The notes beneath the pieces are model-generated. The model was given only the letters and a program-made list of their open reading frames with translations. It was not told where the DNA came from and searched no databases. Both the position numbers and the translations under genes were made by a program. This document shows positions 21,266 to 32,793 of a stretch of 64,000 nt of DNA, in pieces (position 1 is the first letter of the stretch; each line of letters begins with the position of its first letter). The DNA is taken from assembly GCA_043826455.1 (NCBI GenBank), contig JBDRQD010000036.1, forward strand, positions 1-64,000. Direction: 5' to 3'. This DNA comes from Candidatus Bathyarchaeota archaeon. Lineage in GTDB: Archaea > Thermoproteota > Bathyarchaeia > TCS64.

Positions 21266-21289
21266 GGCTTCGACTCCAGCTGTGGGACC
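21266..21289 (+). other. 5' strand of 23S processing stem with canonical bulge-helix-bulge
   Basis: ggcttcga-ctcc-AGC-tgtgggacc pairs with ggtcccgca-ggag-ATA-tcgaagcc (24292-24315): 4-bp helix and two 3-nt bulges. Confidence 0.85.
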
Positions 21290-21300
21290 GGTAATAATTT

Positions 21301-24280
<2,980 letters not shown>

Positions 24281-24291
24281 TTGATATTGCT

Positions 24292-24315
24292 GGTCCCGCA
24301 GGAGATATCGAAGCC
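24292..24315 (+). other. 3' strand of 23S bulge-helix-bulge processing stem
   Basis: Complementary to 21266-21289. Confidence 0.85.
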
Positions 24316-24355
24316 GTACACGGCGTTCAAACATTGTTTGGCTTAGCGGATGCTG

Positions 24356-24497
24356 GGCTTGTTACAAGCTACAAGTAATTTGGCGTTTTTCGAGGTCTGT
24401 ACCAGTGGCTGGGTATTCATATTTTTTGGGGGGTGGATGACAGCTGCGTGGAAGAATGTGATATTTTTTGGGTTAGTTTTAGCATATTTTTAGCTAA
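24356..24497 (-). repeat. dispersed ~145-bp non-coding element, copy 2
   Basis: Inverted, diverged copy of 8610-8753. Confidence 0.85.
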
Positions 24498-24607
24498 TTA
24501 TTTTTCTTCGTCTATGCCCGGTGCCGAGGTACGTGCCTGTGTGTTGTCATCGTCTGGTGGCTTGTCTCACTCGTTGACTGTGGGTAGCCTGATGGTCTTC
24601 TGTTGAT

Positions 24608-25243
24608 TCAGGCGCCCGTCTCCAGCATCTTTTCCAGCAGGTGCTCGGCGCGGGTGGTGTTAAAGACGGCGCACTCGCAGCACTTGCCCATGATCTTCAC
24701 GGCCTCCCTGGGGGTCAGCCGCCGCAGCTTCACGTACTCCATCATTTTGCGGATGAGGTTGAACGAGACCATGCCGTGGCCGCAGAGGGTGTTGAACTCA
24801 AGTATCTCTCTCTCGGGGAGACGGTCACGGGCCCCCCAGAAGCCGAGGGAGTGCTCGACGCTGTGCCGCTCGATGCCGTCTCGGTGGCAGCACTCGTGGA
24901 CTCCGTCCAGTAGCCCGCTGACGTTTATCGAGATCCCCAGGTCTGCCTCGATGAGCTCCGCTATCACCTTCTGCAGGGTGTCGAGGTCCGTGAAGACGGC
25001 GGCGGAGGTTGCTCCGTCCTTCAGGTTGGCGATGAGGTCGTGGAACTCTACGTCGTCTTGGAGGACGCTGCCCAGCTTGCTGCTCCCGATGTTGACGGGG
25101 TTGTGTTTTTGGCATATGCGTAGGAACTCGTGTATCTTGGGGGCCGAGCCCTCCCGGTTGATCCCCTTGGCCATTGTGACGAAGATGACGTAGTCCCCCT
25201 TCAGGTTCTCGACGGTTCCCTGCCTGTGTAGCGTGTTGGTCAC
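24608..25243 (-). CDS. hypothetical Cys-containing protein (partner of 4Fe-4S protein)
   Basis: 4-nt overlap with upstream gene; TLCGHGMV and KCCECAVFN motifs. Confidence 0.8.
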   Translation of the reverse strand: MTNTLHRQGTVENLKGDYVIFVTMAKGINREGSAPKIHEFLRICQKHNPVNIGSSKLGSVLQDDVEFHDLIANLKDGATSAAVFTDLDTLQKVIAELIEADLGISINVSGLLDGVHECCHRDGIERHSVEHSLGFWGARDRLPEREILEFNTLCGHGMVSFNLIRKMMEYVKLRRLTPREAVKIMGKCCECAVFNTTRAEHLLEKMLETGA

Positions 25244-26052
25244 TGGTGAGCCTCCTGGAACAAGGGCCTGCCTAGCCCAAGGTTCGTTTTACCGTTAGGG
25301 CTTAGGGTGTAGCCGGCCTCCTTGACCCACTTTTCGTGGGGGACTGATCCGTCGGGGAGGCACCTGGACGCGACGCCAACAGAGTACACTGCGTCAGTGC
25401 CCTGGATTGTTTGCAGGGTGCGTAGATAGTCGGGGATCTTCTCCAACCTGGTTTTGATCTCGATGATGGCTGAGAGGACCTTCTCGTCTAGGACCTCTTC
25501 CTTCATCTTGCCTGTCTTTGGGTCCTCCATCAACTGGGTCACCGGGTTGAACGGCTCGAACACGGGCTGGAGTGGCGCCAATGCCATGGCTACCTTCTCG
25601 ACGTCGCGTAGATGGGCGCCGGTTCCGGGTCGGCCCAGTTCTACAACGATTCCCGCCTCTCCATGCCTCAGCCTGCCCGTCACGTCGTTGGTCTTGATCT
25701 CCTCTGTGCCCCGGCCGCCCACGCCGGTGCCCGGGTGAACCACGGTGGGGTCGCTGAACGCTGCGCGTAGGCTCCTGGGCCAGGTCAACTCGGGGGGCGT
25801 TAGGGCGCCGGTGGGGCAGACGTTCACCGGTGCCAGGTATTGCAGGTGCAGGAGGGATAGGGCCTTTCGTATGGCTCTTATCAGTGGAGGCCAGTACCCT
25901 TCATTTCCCAGCACCCGGTGGCAGGTGGAGCACTCCACGCACTCGTCTTGGTCTACTATGGATTTCCCGTCCACGTCCAAGGTGATGGCACCCATCGGGC
26001 AGATGGTGTGGCAGTTACCGCACCCGACGCACTTTGTCTTATCTATTTCCAT
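25240..26052 (-). CDS. 4Fe-4S dicluster-domain protein with uncharacterised C-terminal domain
   Basis: CVGCGNCHTICP, CVECSTC..CPTGA; C-domain GRGTEEIKTNDVTGR, ELGRPG, KTNLGLGR. Confidence 0.85.
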   Translation of the reverse strand: MEIDKTKCVGCGNCHTICPMGAITLDVDGKSIVDQDECVECSTCHRVLGNEGYWPPLIRAIRKALSLLHLQYLAPVNVCPTGALTPPELTWPRSLRAAFSDPTVVHPGTGVGGRGTEEIKTNDVTGRLRHGEAGIVVELGRPGTGAHLRDVEKVAMALAPLQPVFEPFNPVTQLMEDPKTGKMKEEVLDEKVLSAIIEIKTRLEKIPDYLRTLQTIQGTDAVYSVGVASRCLPDGSVPHEKWVKEAGYTLSPNGKTNLGLGRPLFQEAHQ

Positions 26053-26229
26053 GGTTTACTACTCCAATGCTGTATGATGAGATACACCGTCTCAACCCGG
26101 TCCATTTAAAATCACAGGGTGGATTAGCCTCGGATGAGGATAAAATTATGGATTAAGTTGTATCGATGAATCCTACATTAGAACGAACGTGAAGATTATT
26201 ACGTCCTGCAGGAAGTGGATGAGCCAGGC

Positions 26230-26361
26230 CTAGGCGAAGCCTCCCGTCTCCTGCATGCTCTTACCCAGGAACCAGCTTAGGAACCCCAGGGTGCCGGCGC
26301 AGAAGATGGCCGCGAAGGTGGCGCCCACCTTGGTCTAAGGCTCAGGCCTCTCAATGACCAT
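26230..26361 (-). pseudogene. fragment of small membrane protein gene with in-frame TAG
   Basis: MVIERPEP*TKVGATFAAIFCAGTLGFLSWFLGKSMQETGGFA*; GC3-rich codons; TAG at 26335-26337. Confidence 0.4.
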
Positions 26362-26459
26362 GAGCCGGGACGGAGCGGAAACGTCATGAAGGAGCATGGT
26401 CGGAACGAGTCAACCCCATGTGCCAAGTATTAAAACTGACGTGGATGCATCCAAATTAG

Positions 26460-26855
26460 GTGAGTGAAATGCCTGCGAAAGGTAAGGTTGTCAGACTTGA
26501 GGACATTCCCTGGAGGAGGAACGACGACCCCAGGGACTGGCTTAACTATAAGCGCCTCCTCTGGGAGGAGACGGGGTCCAAGGAGCTCTGCGTGGGCCTC
26601 GGCGAGTTGCCCCCGGGCCGTGCACTCGGCCTCCACCACCATGTGGGGGACGCCGAGTTCTACTACGTGCTCAGCGGCAGGGCTAAGGTGACTGTGGAGG
26701 ATATGGAGGTGGACGCCACCCCCGGCACCGCCATCTACATCCCGCCCTCGGCCAAGCACAGCATCGTGAACGACGGCACCGAGAACTTCGTCATGGTGTA
26801 CGGGCTCGATGCCCCCACACGCCGGTTCGTGTGGGACGAGCCCCTCACGGAGTAG
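26460..26855 (+). CDS. cupin domain protein
   Basis: LHHHVGDAEFYYVLSG and IYIPPSAKHSIVN cupin motifs. Confidence 0.9.
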   Translation: MSEMPAKGKVVRLEDIPWRRNDDPRDWLNYKRLLWEETGSKELCVGLGELPPGRALGLHHHVGDAEFYYVLSGRAKVTVEDMEVDATPGTAIYIPPSAKHSIVNDGTENFVMVYGLDAPTRRFVWDEPLTE

Positions 26856-26937
26856 TTGGCGGCAGAGTCGTCGAGTCTAAGCCATCGGCGCTTGATAGTT
26901 TATTATCTATGCCGACATCATCAATGTGGTGATAGAT

Positions 26938-27030
26938 ATGGGCATGAGGTCCTCCAAGAAGAAGCCGCTGACCAAGAAGGAGAGAGAGGAGAAAAGAAAG
27001 AAGCATAAAGAGAAAAAAGCGGAGAAGTAA
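26938..27030 (+). CDS. 30-aa highly basic small protein
   Basis: MGMRSSKKKPLTKKEREEKRKKHKEKKAEK*; GGTGAT RBS and TTTATT box upstream; below the ORF-track size cutoff. Confidence 0.6.
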   Translation: MGMRSSKKKPLTKKEREEKRKKHKEKKAEK

Positions 27031-27133
27031 TTCTCCCTAACCATTTATCTTATTTTACCTGAAGCGTTCCCCGTGAACGACTATTAATTAATAATAATCA
27101 ATGTTTTAAACGCCGGGCAGCCAAACCATACCC

Positions 27134-28186
27134 ATGCAGGATAAGGTTAAGGCCGCGGTATCCCAGGTGAGCCCCGTTTTCATGGACAAGGAGGCCACCG
27201 TCGAGAAAACCGTCAAAGCCATGGAGGAGGCCGCCCGCAGCAAGGCCCAGATCATAGTGTTCAGCGAGACCCACATCCCCGGGTACCCCTACTGGAGGGG
27301 CGCCAACCCCATCAGCAGGTGGAGCGCCAACCAGGTCGAGTACATGAAGAACGCTGTAAGTATTCCCAGTGATGAAACCGACATCCTCTGCCAGGCAGCA
27401 AGAGACAACGAGATAGTGGCCGTCGTCGGCTGCACCGAGATGAGCGACATCCCCGGCAGCAACACCCTCTACAACACGGTCCTCTTCATAGACGCCGACG
27501 GCACCCTCCTGGGCCGCCACAGGAAGCTCATGCCCACCCACGGAGAGCGCACCGTCTGGGGCATGGGGGACAGCCGCGACCTCAAAGTATTCAAGACAAG
27601 CGTAGGCACGGTGGGCGGCCTCATCTGCTACGAGCACCACATGACCCTCACCAAGGCGGCCATGGCGTACCTGGGCGAGGAGGTCCACTGCGCCCTCTGG
27701 GACGGTTACTGGGTCATGGACTGGCACCCCGGAAAGAAGCGCAGGTTCAGGGACGGCGACAACCCCTACCTCTGCGACATCGACTACGCGGTCCGGGAGT
27801 ACGCCATAGAGACCCAGAGCTTCGTCCTCAGCGCCTGCCAGTACATCCCCGACGATGAGATGCCCGAGGACACCAAGGACTTCAACATAGCCAGCGGAGG
27901 CAGCAGCATCGTGAACCCAGCGGGCGTCTACCTGGTTGAGCCCACCTTCAACAAGGAGACCATCCTATACGCTGAGCTGGACCAGGACGACAGGCGTCAC
28001 ACCAAGGCGTACCTGGACGCCCTGGGCCACTACGCCAGGTGGGACCTCCTCCGCTTGGACATGAGGGGGGAGGCCAGCCAGCCCTTCACAAAACATGAGA
28101 TACCCTACAGCAGGGTCAAGCAGGTGGCCGAGAGGCACGGCGTGGACCCGGACAAGCTGGAGAAGATGCTGAGGGACCTAGAGTAG
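27134..28186 (+). CDS. nitrilase (carbon-nitrogen hydrolase)
   Basis: E-K-C triad: FSETHIPGYP, HRKLMPTHGER, LICYEH; DALGHYAR. Confidence 0.92.
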   Translation: MQDKVKAAVSQVSPVFMDKEATVEKTVKAMEEAARSKAQIIVFSETHIPGYPYWRGANPISRWSANQVEYMKNAVSIPSDETDILCQAARDNEIVAVVGCTEMSDIPGSNTLYNTVLFIDADGTLLGRHRKLMPTHGERTVWGMGDSRDLKVFKTSVGTVGGLICYEHHMTLTKAAMAYLGEEVHCALWDGYWVMDWHPGKKRRFRDGDNPYLCDIDYAVREYAIETQSFVLSACQYIPDDEMPEDTKDFNIASGGSSIVNPAGVYLVEPTFNKETILYAELDQDDRRHTKAYLDALGHYARWDLLRLDMRGEASQPFTKHEIPYSRVKQVAERHGVDPDKLEKMLRDLE

Positions 28187-29425
28187 GCGCTTCTCAGGAG
28201 GCTTGGCCAGGTACGCGGTGACGGTGGCCAGGGCCATGCCTGCGCCCAGGAACATGAGGGTCCCGTAGTAGCCCCCCGTCTGGTCCACCAACCAGCCACC
28301 GATGAGGGGAAACAGACCGCCCCCCAGCCCACCGGCCAGGGTGAGGACACCGAACAGGCTCGTGTTGTACTTCCTACCGAAGTAATCCGTTATTACCGCT
28401 GCGTACTGCTCGGGGGCGCCACCGTAGGAGATGCCGTAGAGGACGGCCCACCCGTAGAGGAGGGTGAGGTCAGCCGGGATCATCGTGGCCACGAGGAAGG
28501 CGGCAGCCATCCCCAGGGTCGTGGCAAGGATGGTGACCTTCCTCCCGTATCGGTCGGAGACGATGCCGAAGAGGAAGCTCCCAGCGGCGCTCATCAGCCC
28601 TATGACGCCAAAGGCGCCGCTCGCCTGCACCGGGGGGATGCCTATCCTGATCATGTGGGGCACCACGAAGGTGAGGATGCTGATGATTCCGCCCACGGCG
28701 AAGAAGTAGGAGACCGCGATCAGCCGAAACGTGGGGGTCTTCACGGCGTCCCCCGGGAGCCAGTTGTCGTCAGAGGAGGCCGAGGCTTCTTCCGCGGTGG
28801 GGTTGCTGTCGCCGTCGGGGTGCAGCCCCAGGCTCTCAGGGTCCTCCCGCATGAACAGGAACCCTATGAGACTGGTCACGGCCAGCACCGTCAGCCCCAG
28901 GGCCTGTATGGTTGCCCTCCAGCCCAGGATGGGAATGATCGAAGCCACCACGGGTATGATGACAGCCTGGCCGACGCTCACCCCTATGCTGCTCCAGCCC
29001 ACGGTGATGCCCCGCTTCCTGTGGAAGAACTTGGAAAGCGCCATGGTGGGCACCACGTAGAGGGCCGCCGCCCCGGCGGCGGCCATGACGCCCCAGAACA
29101 GGTACAGCATCCAGAGCTCCTGGACCAGGGAGACCAGGGCGCCGCCTCCTCCCATCAGCAGGCCGCCTATGAGAACCGTCTTCCGGACGCCCACCCTCTC
29201 GGCTAGGCGCCCCACGAAGGGCGCAGCGAAGGCGTAGACCCAGAAGAAGATGGTGACTCCGCTGGCCGTGGCCGCGGTGCTCCACCCGAACTCCTCCTGG
29301 ATGGGGGTGAAGAAGATGCCGACGCTGTACCTGAGGCCGTACATGAACATGTATATGAGGAAGGTGATGGCGAAGATGACCCACCCGTAGTAGAAGGGCA
29401 GCCGCGCCTCCCAGCGGTCGTCCAT
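28178..29425 (-). CDS. MFS transporter (OFA/monocarboxylate-like)
   Basis: FYYGWVI, GRLAERVGVRK, SDRYGRK; 12 TM segments; start at MDDRWE. Confidence 0.92.
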   Translation of the reverse strand: MDDRWEARLPFYYGWVIFAITFLIYMFMYGLRYSVGIFFTPIQEEFGWSTAATASGVTIFFWVYAFAAPFVGRLAERVGVRKTVLIGGLLMGGGGALVSLVQELWMLYLFWGVMAAAGAAALYVVPTMALSKFFHRKRGITVGWSSIGVSVGQAVIIPVVASIIPILGWRATIQALGLTVLAVTSLIGFLFMREDPESLGLHPDGDSNPTAEEASASSDDNWLPGDAVKTPTFRLIAVSYFFAVGGIISILTFVVPHMIRIGIPPVQASGAFGVIGLMSAAGSFLFGIVSDRYGRKVTILATTLGMAAAFLVATMIPADLTLLYGWAVLYGISYGGAPEQYAAVITDYFGRKYNTSLFGVLTLAGGLGGGLFPLIGGWLVDQTGGYYGTLMFLGAGMALATVTAYLAKPPEKRLL

Positions 29426-29500
29426 GGCACAAGTCACACGGCTTTGACGATAAAAGGTTTCCAGCAGCAACCCTAAACACTGCCGAGCGTCATTTAGTGT

Positions 29501-30205
29501 ATGCGTAGCTGCGCCCTCTTCGACGTGGACGGCACCCTCCTCAGGGGCTTCATAGTACAGAGCTTCCCCCGATACCTAGCAGACCAGGGTGTGATCAGCA
29601 AAGGCTTCTCCGACAGGATAGACGAAATCGTCCGCAACTACAGCAGGGGCGCCGCCGACTACAGGCACGCAGCCGAGACGGTGCCAGCCATATACGCGGA
29701 GGCCATCACTGGGGTCGAGGAGGTCACCGTCAGGAGGCACGCCGAGGACTACATGAGGGGACACGTGCCGGCGTCCATCCACCCCTACGCCAGTGAGCTG
29801 GTCAGGGCGGTCCGGGGGAAGGTGGACCTGGTCATCGCCTTGTCCGGTTCACCCACGGAGCCCATACAATGTGTGAAGGTTCTAGGCTTCGACTATGCCT
29901 ACGGCAGCGTCTTCGAGGCCAGGGACGGCGTCTACACGGGAAAGATAGACTGGAACCTGATACTGGGGGAGAGGAAGGCAGAGTACGCCGGAATCATAGC
30001 GGAGAAGCACGGCTTCAGCCTCCGCAGGACGGCGGGCTTCGGGGACTCGGACCAGGACGCCCAGACCTTGCAAGCCACAGGTCTGCCCATAGCTCTGAAC
30101 CCCAGTGACGCGATGCGGGAGATATGCCGGGGCCGGGGCTGGAGGATGTACACCACGGAGACCGTCAACGTCCCAGAGATAGTGGAGCTGGTCTCCGGCC
30201 TCTGA
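29501..30205 (+). CDS. HAD-IB family phosphatase
   Basis: FDVDGTL, LSGS, GDSDQD motifs. Confidence 0.9.
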   Translation: MRSCALFDVDGTLLRGFIVQSFPRYLADQGVISKGFSDRIDEIVRNYSRGAADYRHAAETVPAIYAEAITGVEEVTVRRHAEDYMRGHVPASIHPYASELVRAVRGKVDLVIALSGSPTEPIQCVKVLGFDYAYGSVFEARDGVYTGKIDWNLILGERKAEYAGIIAEKHGFSLRRTAGFGDSDQDAQTLQATGLPIALNPSDAMREICRGRGWRMYTTETVNVPEIVELVSGL

Positions 30206-30229
30206 GAAGCCTCTTAACCCCAAGGAGTC

Positions 30230-31426
30230 ATGGTGGGAGTAATGAAAGGGCTGAGGGGCGTCACCAGGGACGTGGCGCTGGTGAGCGTCGCAATATTCTT
30301 CCTAGACGCCAGCCACAGCACCGTGATACCTCTCTTCCCGGGCTTCGCCCGAGGCATAGGCGCATCACTCAGCGTGCTGGGCAGCTACGACTCCGTCTCG
30401 GCCGTCTTCATGTTCCTCCTGGCCATACCCCTGGGGAGGCTGTCCGACAGGCTGGGCAGGAAACGCATGATCATACCCGGCACGCTTCTCTTCATCCTGG
30501 TGCCCCTCTCCTACATCCTGGCCACGGGGCCCCTCCAACTGTACCCGATAAGGGTGGGCCTCGGCCTCGGGCTGGGCCTCGTCTTCGGCAACGGGTTCCT
30601 CCTCATGTCCGAGGTGGCGGAGCCGGGTTTCAGGAACACGGCCCAGGGGATATATATGACCTCCATGGGCCTGGGCTTCACCCTGGGTCCCCTCATAGGT
30701 GGGTTCACGGCCAAGCTGTATGGGGCCGAGACCAGCTTCTTCATCAGCAGTGCCCTGGGCGTCGCCGGGCTCCTGGTCCTCAGCCTTGTCAGGGAGAGGA
30801 GAAGAGCGGTGGCTGGGCCTGAGAGGAAGGCGCCCCGGCTCAGAGACCTACTAGCGGATGCGAGGATACTGGCGTCCGGCGTCGCCAACTACGTGAACAG
30901 CCTCATGTACATAGCCGTCACCCTCTTCTTCCCCGTCTACGGCGTCAACATTGGCTTCGATGAGGCCGAGGTGGGCATAGGGCTGACCTCCAGGGGCCTG
31001 GCCAGCACACTGGTCCGGCTCCCGGTGGGCGCCCTCACCAGGCACGTGAGGGCGCTGAACCTGATGCTTCTGGGTCTGGCTTTCAGCGCTGCCACCGTCT
31101 ACGGCGTCTCGGGGGCCACGACCCTGGTCATGGTCACGGTGCTCATGGGGCTCCAGGGGGTGGCCTACGGCATATACCTGACCTCGGGCAACGTCTACGT
31201 GTCGGAGGAGGCGCCGGAGGAGCTGAGGGGCACCGCCATGGCCGTCTACTCCATGTTCGGCAACGTCAGCGGCATGGTTAACCCCCTGCTCCTGGGTGTC
31301 ATCGCGGAGAGCTACGGTGGCAGGGGGGCGATGCGGTTCGCCGCGGGCTTCACAATGTTAGGGATAGCCGCGGTCTACGCCCTGGCCGGAATAAGGACGA
31401 GGGTAGCTGAGAAGAGGGACGCCTAA
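30230..31426 (+). CDS. MFS transporter
   Basis: GRLSDRLGRK motif A; 12 TM segments. Confidence 0.92.
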   Translation: MVGVMKGLRGVTRDVALVSVAIFFLDASHSTVIPLFPGFARGIGASLSVLGSYDSVSAVFMFLLAIPLGRLSDRLGRKRMIIPGTLLFILVPLSYILATGPLQLYPIRVGLGLGLGLVFGNGFLLMSEVAEPGFRNTAQGIYMTSMGLGFTLGPLIGGFTAKLYGAETSFFISSALGVAGLLVLSLVRERRRAVAGPERKAPRLRDLLADARILASGVANYVNSLMYIAVTLFFPVYGVNIGFDEAEVGIGLTSRGLASTLVRLPVGALTRHVRALNLMLLGLAFSAATVYGVSGATTLVMVTVLMGLQGVAYGIYLTSGNVYVSEEAPEELRGTAMAVYSMFGNVSGMVNPLLLGVIAESYGGRGAMRFAAGFTMLGIAAVYALAGIRTRVAEKRDA

Positions 31427-31435
31427 GGCTGTTGG

Positions 31436-32095
31436 TCACCGGGTCTGGCTCCTCAGAGCCTCGAAGGCCTTGGACGCGTCTTCCTCGTGGATGACGAGGC
31501 TTATCTCGTCGCCGGTGAAGAAGGCGTCCACCATGTGAACACCGTTCCTGAAGAGGAGGTCCGTCAGCAGAGCTATCCTGTCGTACCTGTCGTCCCCCGG
31601 CGCTGTGGTTATGTTCAGCTCAGCGTAGCCCTCGGAGAGGGCCGGCTCGTACTGCCACAGGTCCTGCATGAGCTGGGTCATGGCGTCGCCCGTGGTCAGC
31701 ACCTTGAGGCTGCCCGGGAACTGGTGAAACCGGACGGGGAAGCCCTGCTTCTGGTGCTCCATCAACGTCTCGATGATCTCCGTCTGCTCCCTGCGGCTCA
31801 CCTTGAGGCTCAGCTCCTTGACGTCCGTCACCAGGTTGAGCCTTGACCCGTGGAGGGCGCCCCTGGTCTCCGAGGGTGCCTCGTCCAAGGCCTCCCTGCT
31901 GAACCTCATGATGGCGGTGACTATGGTGTTGGGGTCCACCTGGTTGCCTGCCAGGTCTTCTACGTCTTCCTGGATGTACCTGGCCGCGGCGCTGTAGTTG
32001 ATGACCTGCATCCTGATGCCCCGGTACAGGTAGGGGTTCTGGGTGATGATGACCCGTACCGCTTCCTGGACTGAGCGCCGCCTGATTGACATCAC
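31436..32095 (-). CDS. archaeal ACT-domain putative regulator
   Basis: N-terminal helical INYSAAARYI..TIVTAIMR; C-terminal ACT-like LLFRNGVHMVD..EISLVI. Confidence 0.7.
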   Translation of the reverse strand: MMSIRRRSVQEAVRVIITQNPYLYRGIRMQVINYSAAARYIQEDVEDLAGNQVDPNTIVTAIMRFSREALDEAPSETRGALHGSRLNLVTDVKELSLKVSRREQTEIIETLMEHQKQGFPVRFHQFPGSLKVLTTGDAMTQLMQDLWQYEPALSEGYAELNITTAPGDDRYDRIALLTDLLFRNGVHMVDAFFTGDEISLVIHEEDASKAFEALRSQTR

Positions 32096-32127
32096 TTCAT
32101 GATGAAACCAGCGTAATATAAAAATTT

Positions 32128-32224
32128 ATGACATGTAGTCATGTTTTCTGGGGAATCCGGTGTTGTTGACGGAAACCCACATAATATGTCAGAAACATGA
32201 CATTTTGACATAAGATTTATATTC
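32128..32224. promoter_or_regulatory. divergent promoter with clustered TGACAT/ATGTCA motifs
   Basis: ATGAC-N5-GTCAT at 32128-42; GTCATGTTTTCTG (32138-50) vs CAGAAACATGAC (32190-201); TATGTCA..TGACAT..TGACATA; TTTATA box near 32217. Confidence 0.55.
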
Positions 32225-32256
32225 TGGGCCTCAGCAGACACCCCCAGTGAAATAAC

Positions 32257-32772
32257 ATGTCATGGATAAACGACGACTTCGAGAGGTTCATGGAAAAAAT
32301 CTTCAGACAGTGGGGAATAAACCCGGAGCTTAACGCGGGCCCCGGCGACCCCAACGTCAAGACGTGGACCTACGGGTACGCCATGACCATGGGGCCGGAC
32401 GGAAAACCCGTCATCAGAGAGTGGGGCACAGGCCTACCCGGCCAGGAGACCCCCCTAGGCACGCCCCAGCCAGCCATACCTCAGGCAGTTGAACCCCTCA
32501 CACAGGTGGACTGCGACGCGGCCCATATGAAGGCCCGGGTCCTAGTGGAGATGCCGGGGGTAACCAAAGAGTCCATTAAGGTGAAGGCTACCGAGACCGC
32601 GGTGCGGGTCACCGCCAGCCACGGCGGCAAAGACTACGACGTGGAAGTGCCCATCAACGCCAAGGTAGACCCCAACTCGGCTAAAGCCACGTACAACAAC
32701 GGGGTGCTGGACCTGTCCTTCGACCTAGTGGAGGCCCCCCGAGAGGACGGAGTGGACGTCCCAGTCAACTAG
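32257..32772 (+). CDS. hsp20: archaeal small heat-shock protein Hsp20
   Basis: YGYAMTMGPDGKPVIREWG, EMPGV, AKATYNNGVL. Confidence 0.93.
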   Translation: MSWINDDFERFMEKIFRQWGINPELNAGPGDPNVKTWTYGYAMTMGPDGKPVIREWGTGLPGQETPLGTPQPAIPQAVEPLTQVDCDAAHMKARVLVEMPGVTKESIKVKATETAVRVTASHGGKDYDVEVPINAKVDPNSAKATYNNGVLDLSFDLVEAPREDGVDVPVN

Positions 32773-32793
32773 ACACGATAGGAGATTATCAGA

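Noticed and set aside
21125..21300. tRNA-Ala in the 16S-23S spacer, or 5S after 23S
   Set aside because: No cloverleaf or 5S signature; the spacer is explained by processing stems and hairpins.
26335..26337. Pyrrolysine read-through of the in-frame TAG
   Set aside because: TAG is a routine stop for many genes here and no pyl genes are in the window; decay is the simpler explanation.
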